DNA of 19,978 nucleotides, taken from NCBI GenBank assembly GCA_043732305.1, contig JAYTHU010000009.1, positions 1 through 19,978 of the forward strand. The letters are read 5' to 3'. Both the position numbers and the translations under genes were made by a program. Positions within the stretch are counted from its first letter, which is position 1. Every line of letters starts with the position of its first letter. The notes under the pieces are model-generated. The model worked only from the letters and a program-made list of their open reading frames with translations, made no database searches and was not told where the DNA came from. This stretch comes from Oligoflexia bacterium. GTDB lineage: Bacteria; Bdellovibrionota; Bdellovibrionia; JABDDW01. Positions 7,605 through 17,309 of the stretch are shown here, in pieces.

Positions 7605-8945
7605 TTAGTGAGCCTCAGGAAGATCGCCAAGGAGTGCGCGATCTTCCAATTTGTCTGAGGCTTTAACGTGTCCGTTTTGATCTGTGCTGACCTTCCGGGT
7701 CGCACTGAGAATTTCTCGGCCATCAAGATAAGCCAACGCCGTGACGTTTTGGTTTTCAACTTTCCATTTGTAGGTGACGCCTGAGTTTGCTTTGTCTTTT
7801 CCACCAACGACCATACTGATTTTTCCGCTCTTATTGACCATTAGGTCAAGTTTCAGCTGAAGCGATTTTTCCACTTGTCCCAAATTAATCTGCGGATGTT
7901 TTACAAATGTGCCTTTGGAATAGGCGTTCAATGCTTGAGGTGTTTGTGAATCCATGTAGTCCGCGAGTTTAGAATAAGTCACGCATTGAACTTCAGGCAA
8001 AGCGCAAACTGTCTGTGCGAAGGCTTTCATAGCTCGCCAGTATGCTCCACCATTCATTTGTTTGAAGTGATGACCAATGTGCACCGGTGCTCGGTTGCCA
8101 TTATAGTTACTGGCAAAGTAAGACATGTACGTGTCATACATTTGCTTTGTAAAAACATCGGCATCAGCGACATTTTCTTTGGCTCTCGATTGCGCAACAT
8201 AAAAGTTGTAGTCCATGGACAAAGTTTTTTTGGCGGTTCCCGCAATAGTCAATTCTGCCAATGGGAAATTCCAAATGCCATTAAGTTTTTGCGGCCAATA
8301 ATTTGGTTGGGAAGTCTTGCTGGTGTCATAGCGGTAATGGAATTTATTAAGCGTCGGCCAAAGACCTGCACTGTAACTCAGGTAGGGAGTTCGAAAACCT
8401 TTGATCTCACTTAGATTAAGATTTAATGGCTCCGGAGTCATTTTATTATTCACAAAAACGTTTTTAATAAGATCGTAAAAAGCGGTGAACTCATTGGTCC
8501 AATCGTCTTCTGTCCATTGACTCGCATCAAAATGTCCAACTGCGTGCGAACCAATTTCTTGGCCCTCTTCGAGCGATTTATTCACAGCTTGGATGCGATC
8601 GGAAATAAATTTGCTGTTGGGCGCAAATCCAATATCTGATGCTCCTGAATTATGGTGTGGTCCCGTGTAGAGATGCTTGTTTTGTTGAGTAAGGAAATAA
8701 ACACCGCTCATGAAATATGTGAAATGGATGCTTTGATTTTGCGCGCGCATTTGAGGGCTATCATTGAGCTGCTTAGAGAAATCCAAAGTCTCCTGCCAAA
8801 ATGCAGGCTCATCACAATTGTCAAATGCGAAGGCTACAAATTGCGGAGGTGAGGGAAGGGTTGGATTGTCAGAAAAGGCAGAAGGGGTAATGCAAAGAGC
8901 AATCAAAGTCGTTAATGCTGTCGTCTTCAAAAATTTTTTCGACAT
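7605..8945 (-). CDS. Secreted polysaccharide/peptidoglycan deacetylase-like protein (CE4/NodB fold)
   Basis: Sec-type signal peptide, PPQFVAFAFDN (motif 1 variant), EIGSHAVGH (motif 2 HxxxH), GFRTPYL (motif 3), MDYNF and IGHHF. Confidence 0.85.
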   Translation of the reverse strand: MSKKFLKTTALTTLIALCITPSAFSDNPTLPSPPQFVAFAFDNCDEPAFWQETLDFSKQLNDSPQMRAQNQSIHFTYFMSGVYFLTQQNKHLYTGPHHNSGASDIGFAPNSKFISDRIQAVNKSLEEGQEIGSHAVGHFDASQWTEDDWTNEFTAFYDLIKNVFVNNKMTPEPLNLNLSEIKGFRTPYLSYSAGLWPTLNKFHYRYDTSKTSQPNYWPQKLNGIWNFPLAELTIAGTAKKTLSMDYNFYVAQSRAKENVADADVFTKQMYDTYMSYFASNYNGNRAPVHIGHHFKQMNGGAYWRAMKAFAQTVCALPEVQCVTYSKLADYMDSQTPQALNAYSKGTFVKHPQINLGQVEKSLQLKLDLMVNKSGKISMVVGGKDKANSGVTYKWKVENQNVTALAYLDGREILSATRKVSTDQNGHVKASDKLEDRALLGDLPEAH

Positions 8946-8951
8946 AAAATA

Positions 8952-9869
8952 TTACGCCTTCTCAGCACTCAATGCTGCTTGCAAGTACTTGCTTGGGAGA
9001 GAACGTTGCAGACAGGCTTCCATGTAGCGGCTGGCATCGACATTCAGGCCAAGATCAACCCCCGTTTTGTAACCCATTCCGTGAACCATGTACAGCACGT
9101 CTTCGGTTGCGACATTTCCGGCGGCACCGGGCGCGTAGGGGCATCCGCCTAAACCAGCGCTTGAGGCATCAAATATTTGAATGCCCGATTCCAAGCCTTC
9201 TAGAATATTTGCCAGAGCAGTTCCGCGAGTATCATGAAAATGCAAAGCGATTTTTGAAACACCGGCAAGAGTAATTAATTTTTTTGAAAGGCTCTTCACT
9301 TGTTTGGGATTGGCCACGCCGATGGTGTCGCCAAAACTGACTTCAGAAACGCCAAGTGCCAGTAATTTCTCTGTGACTTGCAAAACTCTTTTCTCGGGCA
9401 CATCGCCTTCATAAGGGCAGCCAAAACAAGTAGAGACGTATCCGCGCACACGCATTTTCAATTTTTTCGCTTGAGGAATGAAATCTTTGAATCGATCCAA
9501 GCTTTCTTGGATACTGGCATTAATATTTTTCATATTGAAACTTTCGCTAGCGGCAGTAAACACAACAATCGATTTTACTCCTGCTTCAACAGCTTGTTCG
9601 AAACCTTTAGCGTTAGGAACAAGCGCCGAAAAATCGATTCCCGCTCGCTTGCTTAAAGGTAAAGCAAAAAGCTCTTTAAAGAGTAAATCGGTCCCTTGCA
9701 TTTGTGGAATTTTTTCCGCTCGCACAAATGCGCCTACTTCAATATATTTGTGACCAGCAGTCATTAGAAGCTCGATATATTTTTTTCTTTGAGCAACTGT
9801 GAGAATTTCTTTTTCGTTTTGCAATCCATCACGTGGACCAACTTCGACGATTTTGATTTGTTTTTTCAT
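8952..9869 (-). CDS. liuE: Hydroxymethylglutaryl-CoA lyase
   Basis: EVGPRDGLQNE, FGCPYEG, GDTIG, HFHDTRG and GLGGCPYAPGAAGNVATEDV motifs, in leucine operon context. Confidence 0.95.
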   Translation of the reverse strand: MKKQIKIVEVGPRDGLQNEKEILTVAQRKKYIELLMTAGHKYIEVGAFVRAEKIPQMQGTDLLFKELFALPLSKRAGIDFSALVPNAKGFEQAVEAGVKSIVVFTAASESFNMKNINASIQESLDRFKDFIPQAKKLKMRVRGYVSTCFGCPYEGDVPEKRVLQVTEKLLALGVSEVSFGDTIGVANPKQVKSLSKKLITLAGVSKIALHFHDTRGTALANILEGLESGIQIFDASSAGLGGCPYAPGAAGNVATEDVLYMVHGMGYKTGVDLGLNVDASRYMEACLQRSLPSKYLQAALSAEKA

Positions 9870-10207
9870 AGTTTCTCCAGCTCCAAAATTTTCTCACCCA
9901 AAAGTACTTGCTGTCCTGCAGCTTTTCCTACCGCTTTTACTCGGCCATCAAATGGCGCTTTGAGACTGTATTCCATTTTCATAGCTTCAATGATGCAAAC
10001 AGTTTGTTTGGCTACAACTTGATCTCCGATTTTTACATTCACTTTCAAAATTTTTCCCGGCATGGGCGACTCAATTATTCCAGTGGCTAAATTTTCACTA
10101 GATGATTTTTTCCCGTATGATGATTTTGATCGAGTGGATTCGGTGAAAGTTCTTCCATCAAAATGAATCCAAATCAAATCACCAACCCGTAGATATTTTT
10201 TAATCAT
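9866..10207 (-). CDS. Biotin carboxyl carrier protein (C-terminal part of a split methylcrotonyl-CoA carboxylase alpha subunit)
   Basis: SPMPGKI and EAMKME biotinylation motif. The likely start ATG at 10207 overlaps the upstream stop (ATGATTAA), and the stop overlaps the liuE start (ATGA). Confidence 0.9.
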   Translation of the reverse strand: MIKKYLRVGDLIWIHFDGRTFTESTRSKSSYGKKSSSENLATGIIESPMPGKILKVNVKIGDQVVAKQTVCIIEAMKMEYSLKAPFDGRVKAVGKAAGQQVLLGEKILELEKL

Positions 10208-11699
10208 GGTTTGGCCACCGAGCTTTCCACGGAGAAGCCGCGCCACTTCCAACCTTTGTTCGTGAGTTTTCCGAAATGCCTAACGACGAAGGGGCTCCAC
10301 CGGCGGCAGCCATTTGAGCAAACGCTTTTTGCTCCCGAGTCAATTCGGGCAACATAAACCCACCTTTAAATTCTTCTTCTAAAAACGAAGTGGAGAGGTT
10401 GCCACGCTGGAATTTTCCATTTTCAAGTACGGCTTGTAAAAATTCGATATTTGTATGAACTCCAAAAATAACAAGCTCACTCAGAGTGGCGCGCATGCGT
10501 TGAATGTTTTCTTCTCGAGTTGGTGCCCAGGTAATCACTTTGCCAATCATAGGATCATAGAATGGCGTGATTTCATGACCCAGACCGTAACCAAAATCAA
10601 AACGGCGATATGGGCCAGTTGGAAAATCTAGAGCCTGAATTTTTCCAGTGCTTGGTAAAAATTCGCGAGCTGGATCTTCAGCATACAACCGCACTTCAAG
10701 CGCGTGGCCCCGCGGAAAAATATCTTCTTGGCGCAGACCAAGATCTTGTCCTAGTGCTACCGCGACTTGCATTTTCACAAAATCGACGCCGCATGTTTGC
10801 TCGGTCACCGTGTGTTCAACTTGCAAACGAGTGTTGAGTTCCATGAAGTAAAAATTTCCGCCCGGCTCTAATAAAAATTCAACTGTGCCTGCATTTGTGT
10901 AATTTGCTGCGGTTGCTATCTTAACCGCCGCTGTACAAATTTTTTCGCGAAGTTCTGGAGTCAAACCAGGAGAGGGAGTTTCCTCAAATATTTTTTGATG
11001 ACGCCGCTGAATGCTGCATTCTCGCTCATAGAAATGCAGATTGTTTCCTTTCCTGTCACATAGGATTTGCACTTCAATATGCCGAGGATGTTGAATGTAT
11101 TTTTCGATAAAAACTTCGGAACTTCCGAAAGCGCCAAGTGCTTCTCTTTGCGCCGATTCCACCATTTCAAAAAGTTCTTTGTCTTTGGCGACGACCTTCA
11201 TGCCTTTGCCGCCCCCGCCACTGGCTGCTTTAACGATGCACGGATATCCAATTCGGTTTACTTCGCTTAAAAGCTGTTTTGGATTATCGGTTTTTCCCGT
11301 GTAAGCAGGAGTTGTAGGAACACCAGCTTTATGAGCAAGTTCTTTAGCAAGAATTTTATTTCCCGCAATTTCAATTGTTTTCGAATTGGGTCCGATAAAT
11401 GTGATGTTCCTCAAATCTTCAAGCGCTTTCACGAAGTGAGCGTTCTCACTTAAAAAACCAAATCCGGGATGAACTAGAGTCGCTCCAGATTTTTGAATCG
11501 CGCTCACCACTAACGGAATATTCAAATATGTTTCTAATGGTGTTTGTCCATAGAGCTCGACTGTTTCATCGGCCATGTCGAATGCAAGTGTGTTTTTATC
11601 TGGCGTCGAGTGAAGAAGAATAGTTTTCAAACCTAATTCTTGGCAACTGCGAATTATTCGCACGGCCACTTCTCCTCGATTGTTGATTGCGACTTTCAC
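10200..11699 (-). CDS. Biotin carboxylase (N-terminal part of methylcrotonyl-CoA carboxylase alpha, LiuD-like)
   Basis: NRGEVAVR, HPGFGFLSEN, KAASGGGGKGM, RECSIQRRHQK, ELNTRLQVEH and YDPMIGK motifs. GTG start with SD GAAGGA. Confidence 0.93.
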   Translation of the reverse strand: MKVAINNRGEVAVRIIRSCQELGLKTILLHSTPDKNTLAFDMADETVELYGQTPLETYLNIPLVVSAIQKSGATLVHPGFGFLSENAHFVKALEDLRNITFIGPNSKTIEIAGNKILAKELAHKAGVPTTPAYTGKTDNPKQLLSEVNRIGYPCIVKAASGGGGKGMKVVAKDKELFEMVESAQREALGAFGSSEVFIEKYIQHPRHIEVQILCDRKGNNLHFYERECSIQRRHQKIFEETPSPGLTPELREKICTAAVKIATAANYTNAGTVEFLLEPGGNFYFMELNTRLQVEHTVTEQTCGVDFVKMQVAVALGQDLGLRQEDIFPRGHALEVRLYAEDPAREFLPSTGKIQALDFPTGPYRRFDFGYGLGHEITPFYDPMIGKVITWAPTREENIQRMRATLSELVIFGVHTNIEFLQAVLENGKFQRGNLSTSFLEEEFKGGFMLPELTREQKAFAQMAAAGGAPSSLGISENSRTKVGSGAASPWKARWPNHD

Positions 11700-11723
11700 A
11701 GAATCCTTCTGACTTTACCTAGT

Positions 11724-12530
11724 CTATTTCCAGCTCGGGCTTCGTTTTTCAAAAAATGAATTCAGTCCTTCTTGGCCTTCTTTAGAAACTCGAACTTGTG
11801 CAATTGTTTTGATACTGAGAGCGCGGGATTGCACGCGTGTGAAGGATTTTACTTTGTGTATGAGTTCTTTTGTGATCCGTGTTCCCTCGGGAGCGTTTTG
11901 TACAATCATTTCCAATCGAGAGTTAATAAATTCCGCACATAATTCTTTAGAACCTTGAAAATGAACCAGACCTGTTTCCACTGCCTTTTCTGATTTAAAA
12001 ACTTCAGCCGTTAAAAATAGCAGGCGGGCATCTTTCTCCGGCATTTTCCTTAAAACGTAAGGTGCTATCATGCTTGGGACAACGCCAATTTTGAGTTCAC
12101 TGAAACAATATTTTGTATTCTCATCTGCAGCCACAATGTCACAGGTAGCTATCAAACCAAGGCCACCGCCAAACACATTCCCATGGATTTGCGCCAGCAC
12201 GGGAACGGGGCAATCAAATATGGCATCGTACATTTTGGAAAGTTGTTCGGCGTCTTTCATGTTTTGGGCTAGAGAAAATTTAACAGATTTTCTCATCCAA
12301 TTTAAATCTCCGCCGGCGCAGAAGCTTGGACCATTTGCCGAAATGAAAACTGCCCGAATGGATTTGTCTTTTTTTATCGCATTCATTTCTGCCGCAACGG
12401 CTTTCATAATTTCGGGAGTGAGAGCATTGTGAGTTTCTCCGCGATTCAATGTCACGTGTAAAACTTTGCTTTTTATCTCGAACAACACTTGATCTGTTAC
12501 TGCTGTTTTTCTAGGCATCTTTCTACTCAC
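11724..12530 (-). CDS. liuC: Enoyl-CoA hydratase family protein, likely methylglutaconyl-CoA hydratase
   Basis: Crotonase motifs [38 protein letters not shown] and [17 protein letters not shown]. It lies between the MCC beta and alpha genes. Start is GTG 12530 or ATG 12518. Confidence 0.88.
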   Translation of the reverse strand: MSRKMPRKTAVTDQVLFEIKSKVLHVTLNRGETHNALTPEIMKAVAAEMNAIKKDKSIRAVFISANGPSFCAGGDLNWMRKSVKFSLAQNMKDAEQLSKMYDAIFDCPVPVLAQIHGNVFGGGLGLIATCDIVAADENTKYCFSELKIGVVPSMIAPYVLRKMPEKDARLLFLTAEVFKSEKAVETGLVHFQGSKELCAEFINSRLEMIVQNAPEGTRITKELIHKVKSFTRVQSRALSIKTIAQVRVSKEGQEGLNSFFEKRSPSWK

Positions 12531-14155
12531 ATTCTGAAAATGCCGAAATTTGCTTCGGCATCATTTTTATTGGCAGCAGCGGATAATCCCAGAGCTAAAA
12601 CCTTGCGCGTGTCTACGGGATCGATGATTCCATCATCCCAGAGTCGAGCAGTAGAATAGTAAGCGCTGCTTTCTTTTTCGTATTTTTCTAAAGTTGGTTT
12701 TTTGAAATGTTCTTGCTCTGCGGGGCTCATCGTTTTTTTCATCGCAGCCAATTGGTCCATTTTCACTGTTAACAAAACATTGGCCGCTTGCTCTCCGCCC
12801 ATGACACTGATGCGTGCGTTGGGCCACATCCAAAGTTGTCGCGGTCTGAAAGCTCTGCCGCACATTCCGTAATTTCCTGCGCCGTAGCTTCCGCCGATCA
12901 CAATGGTAAATTTCGGAACTGTTGCAGTACTCACTGCGGTGACAAGTTTAGCTCCGTCTTTAGCGATGCCTTCGTTTTCGTATTTTTTACCGACCATGAA
13001 GCCAGTCACATTTTGCAAAAACACCAATGGGATCCGGCGTTGATTGCACAGTTCGATAAAATGCGTCGCTTTCAGTGCGCTTTCACTAAAAAGCACCCCA
13101 TTGTTTGCAATAATCCCTACGGGGAAGCCAAAAATTCGCGCGAATCCGCAAATCAAAGTTGTTCCGTAAAGTTGCTTGAATTCCTGAAACCGACTTCCGT
13201 CAACAATGCGCGCGATTATTTCTTTAACATCGAAAGGTTTTCGAGAATCGTGCGGGATGATTCCGTAGATGTCAGAAGAATCAAACATTGGATCTTCTGG
13301 GGCTATTGCGCTCATTGATAAGTTTGAAGACAAGAGAGGTTTGCGATTCAAAGTCTCAGCGATATTCCGGCAAATTTCTAAAGCGTGCTCGTCGTTTTCA
13401 GCAAAGTGATCCGTCACTCCACTTTTTTGACAATGCACTGTGGCTCCACCCAAACTTTCGGCGTCGACAACTTCTCCAGTGGCGGCTTTTACTAATGGCG
13501 GTCCACCCAAAAATATTGTTCCATTTTTTTTCACGATCACAGATTCATCGCACATAGCCGGAATATAAGCTCCTCCAGCTGTGCACGAACCCATCACGCA
13601 TGCGATTTGCGGAATTCCACGAGCAGACATTTGAGCTTGATTATAAAAGATCGCCCCGAAATGGTCGCGGTCAGGAAACACTTCATCTTGCATCGGTAAA
13701 AATGCGCCACCTGAATCCACCAGATAAAAGCAGGGGAGACCATTTTCTAGAGCTATCTCTTGGGCGCGCAAATGTTTCTTAACCGTCAGTGGAAAATAAG
13801 TCCCGCCTTTGACGGTGGCATCATTGGCAACAACAACGACTTCTCGGCCGTGGATCACTCCAATGCCAGTGACAATGCCGGCACCAGGAGCTTCGTCGCC
13901 GTACACGCCCCATGCGGCCAATCGGCTGAATTCCATGAAAGGAGTTCCCGGATCCAAAAGTTTCGCAATACGCTCACGCGCGGTGAGTTTCTCGCGAGCC
14001 CGGTGCTTATTCACGGCTTCGATTCGACTCGGGCCACCGCCGGTAGCGACATAGTCAGAGGCGGCTTTTAAATGTTCTATAAGTTTGGCGAAAGCCTGAC
14101 GATTGTCTTGCGTTTCACTTGAACTGGCATCAAATTGTGTTTGTAGAGTTTCCAT
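12527..14155 (-). CDS. liuB: Methylcrotonyl-CoA carboxylase beta (carboxyltransferase) subunit
   Basis: [77 protein letters not shown] and C-terminal FGIFRM. Start moved to ATG 14155 (METLQTQ) because the longer ORF overlaps the divergent gene. Confidence 0.95.
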   Translation of the reverse strand: METLQTQFDASSSETQDNRQAFAKLIEHLKAASDYVATGGGPSRIEAVNKHRAREKLTARERIAKLLDPGTPFMEFSRLAAWGVYGDEAPGAGIVTGIGVIHGREVVVVANDATVKGGTYFPLTVKKHLRAQEIALENGLPCFYLVDSGGAFLPMQDEVFPDRDHFGAIFYNQAQMSARGIPQIACVMGSCTAGGAYIPAMCDESVIVKKNGTIFLGGPPLVKAATGEVVDAESLGGATVHCQKSGVTDHFAENDEHALEICRNIAETLNRKPLLSSNLSMSAIAPEDPMFDSSDIYGIIPHDSRKPFDVKEIIARIVDGSRFQEFKQLYGTTLICGFARIFGFPVGIIANNGVLFSESALKATHFIELCNQRRIPLVFLQNVTGFMVGKKYENEGIAKDGAKLVTAVSTATVPKFTIVIGGSYGAGNYGMCGRAFRPRQLWMWPNARISVMGGEQAANVLLTVKMDQLAAMKKTMSPAEQEHFKKPTLEKYEKESSAYYSTARLWDDGIIDPVDTRKVLALGLSAAANKNDAEANFGIFRM

Positions 14156-14205
14156 CGGAAATAATATGAGCATAGTTTGCCGAAGCCGTCCACCTGGGAG
14201 AGTTT

Positions 14206-15141
14206 TTGTCTTATTCAGAGAATAAAAAAAGTTTTGGCGCATGGAGTCCACAAGGTCGCATCGCCCATTTTAAAGGCCCTCAAGTTCCGGAGATGCTGAT
14301 TGCGCGCATGCTGCATGAGCTAAGTCAAACTCCCGCGACTAGATTAGAAGAATTGGTCTTCATGGGATCTGTTTACGTGAATAAATTCCGGGTGATGGAC
14401 AGAAGTTTCATCGTCAAGTCTGACGACATCATCAGGGTGCACCTTGAACCGAAGCGTTATACTGTCGATAAATCAAAGATCGTGATCGTTTTCGAAGACG
14501 AAAATTTCGTCATTCTAAATAAGCCCGGCGGGGTGCCTATGCACGCTACATTAGATAACGCAATTGAAAATCTTGCGGCTAGTTTTGCCGAAAAACTTTT
14601 TGTTACTCATCGACTCGATGTTCCTACTTCAGGCGTTGTGCTGCTCGCAAAGAACAAAGACTATCAAGCTGTTTTTAATGACCTTATCGCTCGACGAGAG
14701 GTTGCAAAAAATTATCAAGCCCTGACGATCATGAAGCCAGAGGAGGGGCTGCTTAAACATTTTATGTTTGTTGAAGCACGGGCCCCAAAAAAGATTTTCA
14801 CTCAAGAAGAAATGGCCGTAAATCAAGCCAGAGCGGAAGACCCTAGCCTGGTGAAATATGACGAGTGCCGTTTGGAAGTTTTATCAACAAATTCGATTGA
14901 TTTTGATTTGGGGCGGGTCATTGAAATTAGAGCTCCAGGATTTGATTCAAAAATTAATCTGTTGACTGGTAGGACTCATCAAATCAGAGCCCAGCTATCA
15001 AAAGTAGGGTGCCCTATCGTGGGTGACGAGATGTATGGTGGGATGCCGTCCACTGTTTTTGGTTTACATGCGTGTTCTTTAAAATTTATTGACCCGCTGA
15101 GTAAGAAAAAAATTGAAGTTGAAGTCCCTAAACAGTGGTGA
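14206..15141 (+). CDS. RluA/RluC/RluD-family RNA pseudouridine synthase
   Basis: Degenerate S4-like N-terminus (GSVYVN), LNKPGG, catalytic [29 protein letters not shown] and LHA. Start uncertain (TTG 14206 after GGGAG). Confidence 0.93.
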   Translation: MSYSENKKSFGAWSPQGRIAHFKGPQVPEMLIARMLHELSQTPATRLEELVFMGSVYVNKFRVMDRSFIVKSDDIIRVHLEPKRYTVDKSKIVIVFEDENFVILNKPGGVPMHATLDNAIENLAASFAEKLFVTHRLDVPTSGVVLLAKNKDYQAVFNDLIARREVAKNYQALTIMKPEEGLLKHFMFVEARAPKKIFTQEEMAVNQARAEDPSLVKYDECRLEVLSTNSIDFDLGRVIEIRAPGFDSKINLLTGRTHQIRAQLSKVGCPIVGDEMYGGMPSTVFGLHACSLKFIDPLSKKKIEVEVPKQW

Positions 15142-15320
15142 AATTCTAAGTTTTAGCAGAACCCAAAATGGCTGATACCTATGCCTGCGTTCTTGTCCAA
15201 GCTTTTACCTTATTAGTCGCGGAAGCAGGCCTTCAAAATGATTAGTTACTCCAGTTCGAACTAGTACGTTTTGAGGAAAAGAAGGATTTGATTTTGTTCA
15301 AATTTGAAATATTTTTTGAG

Positions 15321-15336
15321 TGGCATATTTCATGCA
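15321..15336 (+). promoter_or_regulatory. Putative sigma-54 (-24/-12) promoter
   Basis: TGGCATATTTCATGCA has GG and GC separated by exactly 10 nt and lies just upstream of a secreted-protein coding region. Confidence 0.55.
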
Positions 15337-15348
15337 AAAGAGGTTTTG

Positions 15349-16590
15349 ATGATTCTAATTCGTCCAGGGACAACAATCAGAAAATTTTTATATATATTAT
15401 TCACGCTTGTATTCTCTATTCCTTCTTATGCCACAGAACTATGCAGCATGAAACTTGAGGGACTAGCTGATTGGGTAGAATACAAAACTGTCTTTAAAAA
15501 TTTCTCAGATGGAACCATCGGAGGAAAAAGGAACGAACAACTCCTCCATATTGAATATCACGGAATCAGAAGGCCTGCGACTCCGGCAGAAAAAATACAA
15601 ATCACGAATGATTTACTGATACCCGACGAAATTAACTACCGAAGCATTCCTGGGACTTTCGAACAGGCGGAGCAAAGCATCCCTTGGTTTTTATCTAGTC
15701 TCGATAAAATAAATTATTTTGTGCCTGAAGGCGGAAAGCCTTCAAACCTCGATATTGTTATTCGTCTCAATACAAATAAAAATATGCAACTTTCTTGGTA
15801 TCGTAGAGACAGACCTGAGGATACTTTCTATAAAGGAAACCGAATTATTATCTCTTTGAATGTAACTCTCAAACCTCTTGATAGATATCAACATGGAATC
15901 AGGGTTCCAAAAGAAATTATTCAAACGGTTTTTTCACATGAGTATGGTCATTCGATTTTTACCCAATTATTGAGAAGTCGAGGACTTGATTATGATGAAC
16001 AAACCCAAAAGCTTAAAAAACTTATTGATAATCGATTTCTGACGGGCCATCTTATGGCTGATCGGGAAAGCATCGACTTGGTCAATGAGTCAGTTTGGGC
16101 TTATACTCTTGATCCCACAAATAAAGACAGTTTAGTAAGACAAAGTCTCCGACTTAGAAATTTAGTTTCGCCTTACTCCGAACTTTTTGCCGACACGGTC
16201 GATGTACTTGCTGGAGAAAATCTAAGAGCCCATACCGAAGCCATTAATTTTTATATACATACTACTGAGCAGCTTAGGGCAACGGACGGGTACTCTGTTA
16301 ACTTCATAAACGAACCTGCAGGATCGCCGAGATCTTTTTTTGAACAAAATAAAGGATTGAGCTCTCAGGAATTGCAGTCCTATCATCAGGCTCTCGACCC
16401 AGTTCGTGCCTTTTTGGGATCGAGTGGTTTGGTGCGAGAAAATATGACCACGGCGGAAAAACAAAAGTTTTTAAATAAATTGATCGACGCCATCATTGAA
16501 GAAATTAAAGTCAAAGAGAAGGCTGTTACTGCCGATGTTTTCCCTGCTGCTCAAATGAATGCTGATTTGATTTCAAGACTGAAAAATTAG
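15349..16590 (+). CDS. Secreted hypothetical protein with gluzincin-like metallopeptidase motif
   Basis: Signal-peptide-like RKFLYILFTLVFSIPSYA, zinc motif SHEYGHSIF and downstream YSELFAD (ExxxD third ligand). The start is uncertain (TTG 15304, ATG 15349 or ATC 15376). Confidence 0.75.
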   Translation: MILIRPGTTIRKFLYILFTLVFSIPSYATELCSMKLEGLADWVEYKTVFKNFSDGTIGGKRNEQLLHIEYHGIRRPATPAEKIQITNDLLIPDEINYRSIPGTFEQAEQSIPWFLSSLDKINYFVPEGGKPSNLDIVIRLNTNKNMQLSWYRRDRPEDTFYKGNRIIISLNVTLKPLDRYQHGIRVPKEIIQTVFSHEYGHSIFTQLLRSRGLDYDEQTQKLKKLIDNRFLTGHLMADRESIDLVNESVWAYTLDPTNKDSLVRQSLRLRNLVSPYSELFADTVDVLAGENLRAHTEAINFYIHTTEQLRATDGYSVNFINEPAGSPRSFFEQNKGLSSQELQSYHQALDPVRAFLGSSGLVRENMTTAEKQKFLNKLIDAIIEEIKVKEKAVTADVFPAAQMNADLISRLKN

Positions 16591-16674
16591 GCTCGCGACA
16601 AAATATGTAAGAGTTTGTTTTTTGCGGTTGCAGATGTTATCTAGCAATTATTGTATGGGATTAAGGATTTAATT

Positions 16675-16824
16675 TTGAAATTTTTATTTTTGATCATAAT
16701 TCTGAATGGTTGTTCGGTTCAAGCTGAGTTTAACAGGGGAATCCCTCCGGGACAACTCATGAAAGCAATGATTCACCCTCGTCAATCATCGCCACCTCTA
16801 CGGCGTGTAAAATACTTTCCTTGA
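16675..16824 (+). CDS. Small (49 aa) lipoprotein-like ORF, possibly a truncated remnant
   Basis: Translated by hand as MKFLFLIIILNGCSVQAEFNRGIPPGQLMKAMIHPRQSSPPLRRVKYFP. TTG start after SD TAAGGA, lipobox LNG-C. Below the ORF-track size cut-off. Confidence 0.5.
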   Translation: MKFLFLIIILNGCSVQAEFNRGIPPGQLMKAMIHPRQSSPPLRRVKYFP

Positions 16825-16946
16825 TATTTAACCCATCCCGTTCTGCCTTAAAGTCTTCTTCTGAAATTCCTCCGATAAGAGGAACTTCATTCATCATCTG
16901 ATGAACTTGGTTGATCCAAATTTCTAGGAACATCAAAGGAGGTAAT

Positions 16947-17309
16947 ATGGATTCTAAGGACGCACAGAAAATTAAGATTCTAGACGAAATCGAAGATACA
17001 TTTAAAAAACACAGATTAGAGCTTCCTGAGCAGGCCAGTCATTTTCCAGATGGTTTAAAGCGGCTGCCACTTTTAGCTTTGAGTGAAGGCATCCCCCAAC
17101 GAGACGCTGCTCGTGCAGCAGGATTAACACCGAAGTCGATGCGCTATTTGCGCAATAGGTTCGCTGAAGAACAAGTGGGCGCCGCAAAAAAATTGAAGTT
17201 GGTTGAGCAAAGGCTAGAACCAATTGAGTCTGGTTGTCTACATCAAGTGTCCGCGCTCCATATCTATGGGAACTCCCGAGCATCAGTTAAAAAAATCGGG
17301 ATGGGCTAA
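16947..17309 (+). pseudogene. HTH protein resembling an IS66-family accessory TnpA, orphan or truncated
   Basis: Strong SD AAGGAGGT before ATG 16947. FPDGLKRLPLLALSEGIPQRDAARAAGLTPKSMRYLR fits an HTH_Tnp_1-like pattern. The C-terminus runs 27 nt into the convergent gene, and no tnpB/tnpC follows. Confidence 0.5.

Noticed and set aside
14156..14251. 32-aa N-terminal extension of MCC beta in the ORF track
   Set aside because: It overlaps the divergent pseudouridine synthase start and does not resemble MCC beta.
121..14826. Numerous 60-176 aa ORFs antisense to or nested in recognised genes
   Set aside because: They lie within well-supported CDSs and show no motifs, as expected for shadow frames.
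16807..16824. GTAA as the left end of an IS66 element
   Set aside because: Only a 4-nt match, with no right end or target duplication visible.
16849..16878. Sigma-28-like promoter TAAA...TCCGATAA
   Set aside because: The spacer is 18 nt rather than about 15, and the site sits within an inverted repeat.
17002..17283. 93-aa minus-strand ORF following the hydrolase
   Set aside because: It is antisense to the HTH ORF, which has the strong SD, and it shows no recognisable features.
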